From Stegostoma tigrinum (taxonomy: Eukaryota), in the NCBI RefSeq assembly GCF_030684315.1, contig NC_081383.1, positions 11,040,761-11,104,760 of the forward strand: DNA of 64,000 nt, written 5' to 3'. The notes under the pieces are model-generated. The model saw only the letters and a program-made list of their open reading frames with translations. It ran no database searches and was not told the DNA's origin. Shown one piece after another: positions 12,297 to 24,634 of the stretch (positions within the stretch are counted from its first letter, which is position 1; every line of letters starts with the position of its first letter). Made by a program: the position numbers and the translations under genes.

Positions 12297-12916
12297 GTAG
12301 TTCGGGTTGTGGGTGTTGAGATTGGTTGGCTTGCCGAGCTGGTTTGTTGTTCCACAGATGTTTTGTTACCAAGTACGGTAACATCCTCAGTGCAGCCTCT
12401 GATGAAGCGGTGTGTTTTTTCGCCTGGATTTTTAAACTCGGGCCTTTTGCGATGGTTTGCCTCTCTTCCAGGTTTCCTTTGTAGTGGAATGTATAGGTGG
12501 TTGGAGTTCAATGTGTTTAATAGTAGCCTGCTAATAATAGCCTGTTAGTACACCAACTGGCTACAAAAAGACATGACAAATACTCATCTCAATGCACATT
12601 GACAAGGAGAACCATGACTTCGACTGGGACAGCACCAAGATCCTGGGACAGGCTAGGCAAAGACAAGAAGAGAATTCCTGGAAGCGTGGTACTCCACAAA
12701 GCAGGCTATTATTAAACACATTGAACTCTGACCCCGTATACATTCCATTACGGAGGAATCCTGGAACAGAGGCAATCCATTGCAATGGACCCCACAGTTT
12801 AAAAACCCAGGCAAAAAAATGCACCGCTTCATAAGAGGCTGCACTGAGGATGTTACCAAGTATGGTAACGAAAAGCGTGCGGAGCAACAAGTCAGCTCGG
12901 TGAGCAACCAACCTCG
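12297..12916. mobile_element. Penelope-like element: GIY-YIG C-terminal fragment between inverted pseudo-LTR arms
   Basis: Arms 12300-12532 and 12700-12916 are inverted copies. The centre encodes ..HIDKENHDFDWDSTKILGQARQRQ.. Hammerhead-like core CTGAGGA-tgttacc/ggtaac-GAAA at 12844-12873. Confidence 0.85.
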
Positions 12917-13189
12917 AGTGTAGTTTAAAAATTCAGTTAGTAGTTTTGACTTTGTATTTCCCTCTCCTATTTCTAAATCGTTCTACATTGCACTCATTAT
13001 ACAGATTGTTGCATTTTTAAGGCCAGGCCGAGTTTTGAAGTTTCAAATTGACGTGTAACCATCTGTCTCCTTCAGACAAGCTCACTTGGCAAGGGCAATG
13101 AGGATTAAGCAGTTGTTGCTTGTTGAGTAGATGATTGTTTTAAAGCAATGGAGCTTTTAAAACCAATTATATAAATTGACTAGTGGTTC

Positions 13190-14135
13190 TGCAGGTATCT
13201 GTACTGGACCACTTTGATCTATATAAATGACTTGGATGAAAAAGTAGATGGGTGGTTTAGTGAGCTTGCAGATGACCCAAAGATTGGGGGAGTTGTAGAT
13301 GGTGTAGAACGCTGTCAAGGGAAAGAGCACGATATAAGATCAGCTGCAGGTATGGGTGGAGAAATGGCAGGCGGAGGTTAATTCTGGCAAGTATGAGGTG
13401 TTGCACTTCGGGGATAAAATGTTGAGGGAAGGTATACTGTTAATGGTGGAACCCTTTTGGAACACTATTGTGCAACGGGATCTTGGTGTCCCTTGTCCAT
13501 AGCTCCTGGGAAGTGGTAACACGAGTAGATAGGGTGATAAAGATGGTGAACAGCATGCTTGTCTTTATTGGTCGGTGTTGAGTGCAAGAGTCACCAAGTG
13601 ATGCAGCCTTATAAACTTTGATTCAGCTGTGTTGTGCTGGTCACAATACAGGAAGGATGTGAGTCTTTCGAGAGGGTGCCAGAGAGGTTTACCAGGATGC
13701 TGCCTGGGTTAGAGACTGTGAGCTATAAGAAGAAGCTGGACAAGGTAGGGTTGTTTTATTTTCCTGGAGCAGTAGAATCTGAAGGAACACCCATTCAAAG
13801 TTTATAAATTAAGAGACGTCAATGAAGTTGCCAGTCTTTTTTTTCACAGAGTTGAAATGTCTAATACTAGAGGATGTTAAGGTGAGAGGGAAAACTTAAG
13901 AGGAGATGTAAGGGGCAAGTTATTGTTTGCACGCTGTGGTAGGTGCCTGGAACACGCTGCCAGAGTGAGTGGTGGAGGCAGATGCAATAGGGACCTTTTT
14001 AAGGTGCTTTTAGATCAGCACATGCATAAGCAAGGAATGGAGGGTATGGACAATGGGCAGCTAGGAAGGGTTAATTTAATTTGGTGTCATGTTCAGCACA
14101 ATATTGTGGGCTGAAGGGCCTGTTCCTGTGCTTGT
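13190..14135 (+). mobile_element. CR1/HER1-like LINE 3' half (degenerate RT)
   Basis: YINDLDEKVDGWFSELADDPKIGG (RT motif) and WVEKWQAEVNSGKYEVLHFG, plus 3' tail gggctgaagggcctgttcctgtgct. Confidence 0.88.
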
Positions 14136-14297
14136 TCTTGTGCAGACAAGAAGTTTCTTGGGTAGGTTTTTTCCTAATATACAAGAATAAGCAGAACGTA
14201 TGTCATGTTACTTCAGCTTTCATTCACAATTCTAGCAAACTCTTGATCAGTTTGGCCTGGTCCCACTCTAATTAGATGTTTCTATTTTACCTTGCAG

Positions 14298-14369
14298 ATT
14301 GATCCAAAACCATGTACGCCTCGATCCATGCAGCAAGAAAAACCAAAACCAAAAGAAGGTGGATGGGGA
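14298..14369 (+). CDS. DAZAP1: DAZAP1 exon 4 (IDPKPCTPRSMQQEKPKPKEGGWG)
   Basis: ccttgcag acceptor, GTAAGT donor, 72 nt. IDPKPCTPR is characteristic of DAZAP1. Confidence 0.95.
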
Positions 14370-14999
14370 GTAAGTATTGGGTAGGAAGTACGGTGCTGTA
14401 GACTACACCAAGTTGCTTGCTTTAAGAGAATTTTTACCTCGTGTGTTCTCCTGCAGTTTCGTGGAAATGTGAGAGACCCCTTTTTGTGAGAGAATCTAGA
14501 ACTAGGAGTCAGAGTTCAAAGTTAAGGAGTCTAAGGAGAAAATTTTTTTTTTAAAGATCAGTCTTTGAATTCTCTTCCTTAGGCAGGTGATACAGAATCT
14601 TAAAATATTTGTAAGGCAAAGATGGGTGATTACGAAGGAGATCCATGATTATCAGGGGTGCTCAGGAATGTAGAATTGAGGTTGAAATTGGTGACATTAC
14701 ATATGCTGCTCACCCTTCTGATTCTGATTGTGGGTAGATATCTAGTTGAAGATCAGTCATCCTTAATTTTCTGAGATTGAAAAAAAAACCTCAAATTTAC
14801 ACTAACTGGCAAATCTTCATGGAGGCAGTAAAGTGTAGGATCGGTTTTGGGATGTCCTATAATTTTAGCAATTTTGCAGGCAAGATCTGATCTTATTCTC
14901 ACAAGGTTGCTTTGAAGTGGCTTTACTTTTTACAGTTCTTTTACTTGTATTAGTGTAAATCTCTTATGGTGAGACACAATAAGTTGAAGGCACTATAGT

Positions 15000-15190
15000 C
15001 TGAGGACCACGGGGATACTTTCTCATTAGAGATGAGTGTTGGTGGTTTAACCTGAGCATCACCATGCGAGCGGAGAGGTTGAGAAGCAGTCTTTCATAGC
15101 AACCTCAGCCAGTCTTAGAGTTGAACCCGTGCTGTTGGCGTCAGACTGCATCATAAACCAGTAGTCCGGCGAATTGAACTAACCGACCCC
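15000..15190 (-). mobile_element. tRNA-derived SINE (family also at ~620-800, + strand)
   Basis: Reverse complement ggggtcggttagttcaa...gggttcaac (A/B boxes), body ggctgaggtt...caggttaaaccacca. Confidence 0.65.
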
Positions 15191-15330
15191 ACCTGCTGTA
15201 GAACTGCCCTATAACTTTTCAAATTCCGAGCAAGTCATCACATCTTCATAGCATATTTGAATGAGTTACAGCTATTTTTGTACCAGAGTACAAATTGTCA
15301 TTGGCATTTAATTTTTTCTAAACTTTGCAG

Positions 15331-15441
15331 AAGAGCTCACAAAACCAGAGCAGCAATAAATCAAAGAAGGTATTTGTTGGTGGAATTCCTCACAACTGTA
15401 GTGAGTCAGAACTCAGGGATTACTTCAAAAGGTTTGGAGTG
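15331..15441 (+). CDS. DAZAP1: DAZAP1 exon 5 (KSSQNQSSNKSKKVFVGGIPHNCSESELRDYFKRFGV; RRM2 RNP2)
   Basis: tttgcag acceptor (tandem CAGAAG, possible NAGNAG), GTGAGT donor, 111 nt. Confidence 0.95.
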
Positions 15442-16039
15442 GTGAGTAACTTATCAGTTTCAGACTTGACCCTAACTATTTGAAGAACATTAAAACTTCA
15501 GTTTATAGTCTGTGCTGAATGCTATTGAGTGCATTCTAGGAGCACGGGCTGCCAACTTGTAATACATAAGCAATTAAGGTATTTTCACTTAACTCTGTAA
15601 CCCTGTTTTGTTAGTAATTGTTCCAGTTTATCACGTACAGTTTTGAAATCAAATCAGACTAAGTTGGATAAACTAAAACTTCTCTTTTGTTAGCTCTAGT
15701 AGTTACATCTTCAAAAGCACTAGTTAAATTTTGTCTTAATTGTTTTTGTAGAACTGTTAACATTTATCAGTATTTATCTGCCAACCCCTTCAAACCCCTA
15801 AAACAGTAAAAACGGTTTAAAATTTACTGTTTTAAATTGATGACCTCTCATTTACTTTAGACATCAGGTCAGTATCTATATTCTTTAATGTGGGATATGG
15901 TCATCTCTCTACGAATGTGTCTGATGAACCTGTTTTTGTAATTGTTCTTCAAAGGGGCATGTATGCCATTTCTTTGGTTAGGAACCAAAACTTGTCACTT
16001 TGTACTCGGTTAACCTCAGCATCTTCTGTTTTAATCAAG

Positions 16040-16680
16040 TTGCCTCTTGCTATTTTAAACTCAAGCAGATATAAGCTTGGCCTATTCAACCTTTCCTCAT
16101 AAGACAACGTGTCCTATTTAGATATTAGAGAGATAGTAGGAACTGCTGATGCTAGAGAATCTGAGACAACAAAGTGTAGAGTTGGATGAACACAGCAGGG
16201 TAAGCAGCATCAGAGGAGCAGGAAAGCTGACGTTTTGGTTTGGGACCCGAAACATCAGCTTGCCTGCTGTGTTCATCCTGCTCTACACCTTGTAGCCTCG
16301 CAATCTAGATATTAGTTTGGTAAACTTTTAAACCTCTTCAGTGCATTTGTATTCTTTAAATAAGGTGACTAGTATTGTACACCCTATTCCATATGTGGAC
16401 TCAACTGTACTCTTATAATAAGCAAGACATACAATTTCCTTCGCAATAAGTTATGTATAAGATGCTAATATTCTATTAACTTTGCTAATTACTTGATCCA
16501 CCTTCATTCAAGCTACCTGCAATTCATGCAGAAAGACGTCCAGATCCCTTGGCTTTTCAGAGCTCTACAATCTTAACGTTCAGATAACATGCTTCTTTGT
16601 TTATTTTTCCTGCTAAAATGGACGACCTCATATTTTCCAACATTTTGATGTATTTTTCAGTTATTTGCCCACTTGCTTAG
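16040..16680 (-). mobile_element. CR1-like LINE fragment interrupted by a hairpin element (16129-16305)
   Basis: Antisense CR1 motifs. The nested insert is flanked by the direct repeat TAGATATTAG (16119-16128 / 16306-16315). Confidence 0.7.
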
Positions 16681-16894
16681 GTTAGCTTAACTAAAAGGAA
16701 TAATTTCCTTGTCCTGTATAGTTTTCTAGCTTTCTAAATGCTTCTGTCATATGCTGGATTGATGGGCCAGGAGCTTAAAGGAGAAGTGCATGAACTGATT
16801 TTTGTGCAAATTGAAATTGCTTCATAATTTTAAATCCTGTCTTTGCATTATTGTTCTGTCTTGCTGCTCTTGATATTTTGGTTCTTCCTTTTAG

Positions 16895-16943
16895 GTCTCT
16901 GAAGTGGTAATGATCTATGATGCCGAGAAGCAGAGGCCCCGAG
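16895..16943 (+). CDS. DAZAP1: DAZAP1 exon 6 (VSEVVMIYDAEKQRPR)
   Basis: ccttttag acceptor, GTAAAG donor, 49 nt. Confidence 0.95.
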
Positions 16944-18234
16944 GTAAAGGCTGATCCATTTTTTGATAATTTAATCCATTTTTATTATATTCAGATGACA
17001 AACTATCTTTTATAAAGCCATACAGTACTTTTCAATGGGTTCTCAAAAATGTGTATATGACTCAAGTTTTCCATTTTTTTTGCTTTTTTTAAAAAAAAAT
17101 CATTGAGGAAGCAAACGAGAAGTACTTAACTTGCCTCCAATGAGGGCAGGTTATACATATTAAGTTGCCATACTTAGGAAACCTGTGCATTCTATATAGC
17201 ACCATTAGAAACATTGGTCAAAACATGATATTTCAATAGCTTGTTAGACTACCAGTTTTCCATTTCCCAGTAACTGTTGCAATGCAAAAAAAAACTAAGA
17301 ATCAAGAAAACTTCATTGCAGAGATCTAGTGGACCCTGCAAAAATTGTAAAAGCACAGAGCTGCTGTTGCTTTATTGTATGAGATGAGTGTTCATTTATT
17401 TGGTCGATTGTTGTGCAATTTTAAGTTTGGGTAAGTGATTTGCAATTGCAAAATTATAAGATATAAAACAATTGGTGTGAAACCCAAGTTGTGTGAAAGA
17501 ATTTGTTTTGGCCACAGGTTTGATTTCCATAGCGTGTTTTTGTGTCTAATGGGGTTCGTGCTTCATTTTAGAAATACAAGTGCGCAATTCAGGCTGATAC
17601 TTTGCAATTTTTATGTGGTGGGTGAGATATTTTAACCTTCTGCCTGACCCTTATGTGCATGTGGAAGGTCCCCTGGCTGCTTTGAAGAAGATCAAGGGAA
17701 CCTTTCCCAGCAACTTGAACATTTTAATTATCGAAACTGCATCTTGTGGAACTCCTCATTGGTTGATGCATTTCCTTTATGAGACACCTTCAAAAGTGCT
17801 TTATTTTCTGCAGTAGTGCAGTGTGTTGGGTAAAATGCATGTTACTTGTTATGAAATGTTTTATTAGTGTTATAAGAATTTGTCCTTAGCTTGCAGCTTT
17901 TGATCAGGATTATTTCCATCGTTTTCAGTGCACAGTTGCAGCATTGCCCTGAATAGCTTCAAAGATTTTGTGATGTCTTTTGACCACTTATATTCAAAGA
18001 GTGGGATTGTGATCCGGGTATTATGACTCTTACAACTTTGGAATCCCTGACTCTGGATCCTAAGTGCTATGACTCCCCAATTAATAAGGTCTCATTATGC
18101 TGTAATTGTTTAGCTTGAGCTGCGCTGTTGAGTGGAACATACTTGGACAATGTGGTGCCATAATGTTGGTGCATGACCTCCCCTTCCATTTTTTCACCAA
18201 GGTACCATCTCCATTTTCACGTTTGTGGTTAATG

Positions 18235-18497
18235 ACTAGAGATTAGAGAGAGGTTTAAAAAAAGATACAAGGGGCAGATTTTTATTTACACAGGGTGGTT
18301 TGTGTGTGGAATGAACTTCCTGAGGAAATGGTGGATGTGGATATAATTATAATGTTTGAATATAAGTTTGAGTAGGAAAGGTTTGGAGGAAAATGGGCCA
18401 GGAGCAAGCAATTGGGACTAACTCACTTTGGGATTATGTTTGGTATGAATTGGTTGGACTAAAGTGTCTGTTGCCGTGCTGTACGACTCTTGACTCT
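18235..18497 (+). mobile_element. CR1/HER1-like 3' end fragment
   Basis: gtgtggaatgaacttcc.gaggaa.tggtgga...gtgtctgttgccgtgctgtacgactct tail. Confidence 0.75.
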
Positions 18498-21421
18498 TAA
18501 AAGTGAAAATATGACAACCGTGGCAATGTCAAAAGTTATACATTGAGAAATAGTACTATGTCAGAAAGGAGAAATGAAACCAATATTAGTGATGACTTTG
18601 TGTGGAATTGTTAAATCGTTGAGGTGAACATTCAGGGCTTCACTGAGGACTATTTGCATCGGTAAATTCAAAGAGTTAGATTCCTAGCTTAAGGGATGTA
18701 ATTGAATTGTGGAATAGGATGCTTTCTACATAAAGTCAGATGGGTTGCTACTGTATTCTGTTTTCTCTTCCCCACCCACCCAAAAACACACAATTGTTTT
18801 ACAGTGCTACAAACATTTTAAGTCTAAACTACTCCATTGAGAAGAAATAGTATCCAAATGTGTGGTAAGTGTATCATGTACACTGGTTCAGTGTCAGTAT
18901 TTTTATGACTATAAGTTGAAACAAACTTGTATATATGAAGTTGAGTCTAGGCACCCAGATTTTAAAGAGGTGGTGCAGTACTTGAATTAGCTAACTGGTG
19001 CGATCATAAATTGCAGCAGCTTGAGCTGTAAATTTTTTTTTGTAGTTTAATGTAAGGTGTGCTCACTTTCATATTTACTTTGAACTGTAAATTGCGAATA
19101 GAGTCTATTTGACATTTCTGAGAACCTTTTTTGTTTATGAAGAATCTGTATGTGAAAATCCATGTCAGTAAGTATGCTTGCTAAAATGGTAGTTCGAGCT
19201 TTTGAGCATCATGCTCCGTTTTTGAAAGTCAGTTGTTATTCCCCTCAATTTGAATGCACTTTTTTTAGAGCAGAGTTGCTTTTATTTTGTTGAATAAATT
19301 AAGTTTTCCAAGTTTATTTCTGTCCTGGGTGGATGTTAATTGATCAGTCGTTGCTTAAATTTTGTTGAATAAACTATTATTCCTGAAACTAGTTCTTTGA
19401 TCCTTCAATTTTTAAAAAGCTGAAGATAATTACGTGGCCATCACAGTCAGACAATTTGTGTTAGTTTGTCATCTGAATCCATTCATTTATTTTGGATATT
19501 CATTTTCAAGATTTTTGTCTTAATATATACGTAAGTTAATTAGAATTCAGTCTTTAGTTTTACTTGTTATTTAAGTATCATAATTTACATAAGTATTTAG
19601 TTAAATCTAAGTGCAATAATGTAAGAAACAAATGTGCATTGTTTTAATGTAATTAACTTATCTCTTTAGATTTTCTTCTCTAGGTTTGTGATAAGTTGTA
19701 TCACACAGGTACAGGCCAGTTCTACACACTCAGGAGGGATGGGATATGTCTGTCTGGGAACTGCAGGACTTTGGTTATTTGCTCTTGTTGCTGACAGCAG
19801 AATTTTCTGCTGCAAACCATTTTGGCCTGTATCTTTGTGTATCAGATGTTTTTAAATAGAACTTCTCTGGGCTGACCAACATCGTTGGATAAGCTTTGAG
19901 GGTGCTTCCTGTAGTGTATGTATATTATATATTAGTTTGGTTTATAAAGCATTAGCACTATGTTGCTGCTGTCAGCACTAGCTGCAAAGCAATGTGCCTA
20001 CCAAGAGGAAAAACACAGGGTTTCAGATAAAACTGGTTGGCCCCAAAATTATATCATTTCACCAGTGGTTTTCAAGAAATCGTTTGCAAATTGTGTAATT
20101 CAATTTTTCACATCACATTGTTTATTTAGAAAAAGCAATAGTAATGTTAAAATTATTTCTTGATTTTGTTTCCTTCTTGGCTGAGATCATATTCGAAATG
20201 ATCAAATGGTTGAAGTCCACAAGCAAATAAAAGGTGAAAGTGTATCCCTTCACATATCTGGCACTATAACTTAACCATGTTGTTGAGGCCAAGTGCGTTC
20301 TCCATTTCCTTGCTACGTAGTACACACTACAAAATGGAACACTGCTGCTGGGTATCCCTACCTCACACAGTTACGATTTCTTCTTGAAGAAAGCCAAATA
20401 CTATTAGATGGTGGATATTAGCTAATTGTATAACTTTTCTTTAATTGTTCTGCCTGCATTTCTGCTAAGCAACATCCATTCTTTTAGTCTTTAGGAGATC
20501 CTGTTAATTTAGGCTTAATTTATTATCTGATGTTCAGAGATTCCAAGCTGTGTCTCTTGGTGACTTGTTAGATTGCAGTACTATCTCAGAACCCATCTCT
20601 AATTCTAAAGTACAGATTTTCAGGATTACCTCTCTTTGCAACATAAAGAGCCTTTTTTCATATGAGGGCCAGCAATTATTTATGTTTTAAATGGCCAAAT
20701 ATTTAGCTAGAGATAAAGTATGTTAATAAAATTGGTTTGCTCACAAAAAATACACTTTTTTTGAAAAAAAAAGAGACTAGCTATTACAGTGTAGAGAAAC
20801 TGAGGCTGGTTGAAGAGCCCTGACACTAGTGCTAAGGCTATTCCTTCATCTTGTAGGAGTTGCACAGTTGCTCATGGAGAGGTCTCCTTTTGATGACTCC
20901 CAGCTTCTGTTTGCTTAGAATCTCGCCACAGCAACTGCTGATGTTGCGAATGTAATATTCCTATCATGAATATTTCTTCTTTTTCTCCCATGTGTTGCAT
21001 TAACGTAGAGTTCAATATTAATTTAATCAAAATCACTTCTCATTGGGTTACATTTATATTTTGCACCCTGAGGTTAGAAATGGCACATCTTTACTTGCTG
21101 TTCAGTTTCTTTCAACCTTGATGGTTGATCAGGTTAAAATGCAGTTTATCCCAAAACAGAGTCGTCATGCAACAGGTGGGGCTAATAATGTCCCAGCTTT
21201 TAAACCTCTCTTCACTTGGGAATCACCATAAAGTAGTTTTGAGCTTTTGTAATCCAGAATAGTTTTCACTGGTAAATTTCTGTACTTTATTATAGCTGAA
21301 TCCTGACTGGCTGAAACTTGTCCTCCTGTCAGTGATTAAACAGAAGGGGCTTCCAGTTATCTGAAACCCTGGGATAATCCTTTAAATTACCCCGCCCTAA
21401 TACTGTGCATCATCCTGTTTT

Positions 21422-21585
21422 NNNNNNNNNNNNNNNNNNNNNNNNNNNNNNNNNNNNNNNNNNNNNNNNNNNNNNNNNNNNNNNNNNNNNNNNNNNNNNN
21501 NNNNNNNNNNNNNNNNNNNNNNNNNNNNNNNNNNNNNNNNNNNNNNNNNNNNNNNNNNNNNNNNNNNNNNNNNNNNNNNNNNNNN
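21422..21585. other. DAZAP1: Assembly gap (164 N), probably hiding DAZAP1 exon 7 (RRM2 RNP1)
   Basis: Exon 6 ends in phase 1 and exon 8 starts in phase 0. The GFGFITF... segment was not found elsewhere in 16944-24477. A branch-point-like CCCTAAT (21395) and a pyrimidine tract run straight into the gap. Confidence 0.8.
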
Positions 21586-24477
21586 GAACCGAGGCTTAGG
21601 TGACTGGAGATTTCACTGGGGTTATAGTGTGTGGTCTCAGCATTAAAAGAATCCTATTAAGAGGTAACCTAACTCTTAGAAGGATCCAGATTTAAATCCT
21701 ATTTACTGTGGAAGAGGCACTAAATCTGTTGTATTTCATGTTTTTACCCTTTTCAATAATTTTATATACAAAATCTCTTTCAAAACTGTGGAATTTAGTT
21801 AAATTAATTGTGCCCATATATATAAATGAGTCTGCATGCATTTAAGCAGAATTTATTAGCTATTTGCACGTTAGTATTAATTAGCTGTGTTAGTTAGCTA
21901 TTCATCAGAAGACCGGTGAAATCTGTATTAATCATTTAAGTCTCCGTTTAAGAAACCACTCCTTCAGATATGTGTTTTTAAGAACAGAATTTGTTTACTA
22001 GCTAAGTTTGAGTTGTAAGAAAATTAGTAGTGTTTGTAATGAGTGTCATATCTGTATTGACATGCTGAAGGACTGGTGGTCAATTTTATTTTGTTTTGTC
22101 AGAGGTCACTTGCTGTATACTTTAGTCGATAATAACCTGCTTTAATGTAAAAATCCAGTTAAGTGGCCTCATTTGCTTGATCTTCATACTGTGTTGTAAT
22201 GCACCCTGTAAATGCTTGCTTTTATGTATCGGGAGGCAGTGAATTAAGCTGCCTGAGTTGGAAAGGGGTGGGGGTGGGAGTTATGTCCAGTTACCAGTCT
22301 GGCTCTTGTTGTACACGAGCTATACTCCAGTTCATGTAAAACAATTTTGAGTTTAAAGTGTCAGTTTAGAAACTTAGTAGATCAGTTCCAGTAGATTTGA
22401 TCCTTCCTTGTGGTCAGTACATTGGGCAAAATTTTTTTTTAAAATTCCAGTGTATTAACTTGGCTGTTACTAATGAGCATCAAAAGCCTCTGCAGGTCCT
22501 GATGATAAGCTATTTGTTGGAGCTTGTGTGTAATTTAGCCATCAAGGTTCATTGAAGGTGCAACAACCATAATATTCAGTGGTGCTCATGCCGTGTAACA
22601 GTGCTGCTGTGATGCAGTTGCTGATTGTTGCTGCTGAACTCTTGAGAGGCCTGCTTGTAATTACTTGCCAGCCCCAAAATTCAAATCTAATATATTTCAC
22701 TGCAAAATTGTTTGCTGCCCAAAGCCATATCTTGGGATTGGTGAGAGACTCATCATCTATTAAGTTTAATTTTGGGAGTGAGTGTACAATGTTGCAAGTA
22801 AAGTTTGCTTGACAGTCACAAATTTTCAACTTTACTGAGTATTTTAATAAAGTCTTCAATTATTTGCCAGTGATGTCCCTTGTTAATGCACATGTACTGC
22901 TTTTCTTTAGCATGGGGCTGTGAAAAGGTGAAGATTGAGTTTGGACTAGATTTTGACTTTGGAATAAGAATTGAAAAATGCTTTTGTCTAGCGCACTTAC
23001 CAAAATATCAAACTTTTTTTTTGCCCAGAGTATAAAATTCCAGTACCTGTGTAAGCCAAAAATGGCATAACATTTATTTGAGTGCTTGCCTTATCGCCTT
23101 TTCCACCAACCCACTCAGAACACAGTAAAGTATACCTGAGACTTCTTAAAACCAACAGGAAGTAGTTTTTCCAAAAATACTACAGGGACTGAGTAACACA
23201 AATGCAGTTTGCATGATAGTAAGCAAGCACAGGAACATCAACGTTCGTGTATGCATGTACCCAAATATGTAATGGTTAAATTAATAAGACATGAAGTCAT
23301 GACTTGAAAATTTTTAATTTTCTTTCATCAGTTCAATCCCAGATGTATTAAATTTGGAAAATTGAACAGTATAGTTTTTTAAAATTTAAATAATGATTCT
23401 ATGCTAATTTATGTAGAATTTTTAAGCCCATTAAATTGATACAAATTATTTTTGGTTCTGAGTTTTGCTTGCCAGAATGCATAGCAGTCATTTAGTTTAG
23501 CACTATCTTGCATCAAGCGGTATCACTGAAATTCAGACGTTCCATTTTACGGTTCAATAAGATGGATGTCTGGACAATAATTTGGGTGATTTTTTTTTTA
23601 CACTATTGATATAATTGGTTCTCCAATCTATACAAAACCATTGTATTGACATGAATACAATGACTTTGCTGATTTGAATGCTATCCAACTTCAAGTCAAC
23701 TTCAAAGGTAGCCATAAAAAGGTTAACAAAGCTGAATAAAATATTGTGTGCGAATTGTTGCGTTACATTTTTGAGCAGTTAATTAAATGTTTTTGACCCT
23801 TGTGAATGAGATGGTTTGTATGTTCTCTGAAAGTGGCAGTTTACTTTTGATGAACTTTGAATGCTGTTTGCTAAGTGGTGGTGGGGTTGTGTAATTTATT
23901 CAAACACAGTATGAAGATTTGCTTCTAATTTACTCAACTGTCCATTTTTATCTGCATGTATTTCCTTTTTTCTGTTAAAGATGTAATTTAAGACTCGATT
24001 AGCTCATCCATTCCCTTCTGACATTTTGTTTCAAGTAATTAATTGAGATTCTTTATGCATAGCCTGGGGAAGGTAAGTCATTATCTTCCATTAGATGTTT
24101 AAATAACATTTTTAAGTAAGGCCACGGCAGTCAAAAGGCTATGTTTCTCAGGTAGTATGAATCTGTATTTTTTAAAAAAGGGTGATGGTTAGATTAATTT
24201 CTGTTACACTAGATTTTGATATTTTCAAATGAGCTAATTACAAAACTAGATTTTAATTTGCAATACGCCTAACTAATGTAATTTACATGTATAAAGCAGT
24301 AATTTATACTTGAGAAACATATTTTCATATATTGGCCTATTTAAGCTATTTAATGTAGTTGTAAGTTATAAGATGTAAGTGTAATGTTAAGTTTGATAGA
24401 TGTGGGTGTGTCAAGGGAGAGGGGTATGCAAGCAAAGGTAGTGGTTTTTTTATCCTTCCCTCTGTTATCCTAATTAG

Positions 24478-24634
24478 GTTGAAGTGAAACGTGCAGAGCC
24501 TCGTGACAGTAAAGGTCCAGGGCCTGGCCAGCCAGGAGCACCACAGTGGGGCAGGAGTTTGCCAAATGCAGCTAATGGCTGGGGAGGTCAGCCCTCACAA
24601 GGCTGGCAGCAACAGACCTATGGTAGTCCACAAG
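24478..24634 (+). CDS. DAZAP1: DAZAP1 exon 8 (VEVKRAEPRDSKGPGPGQPGAPQWG...YGSPQ)
   Basis: taattag acceptor, GTAAAT donor, 157 nt. VEVKRAEPR marks the end of RRM2. Confidence 0.95.
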
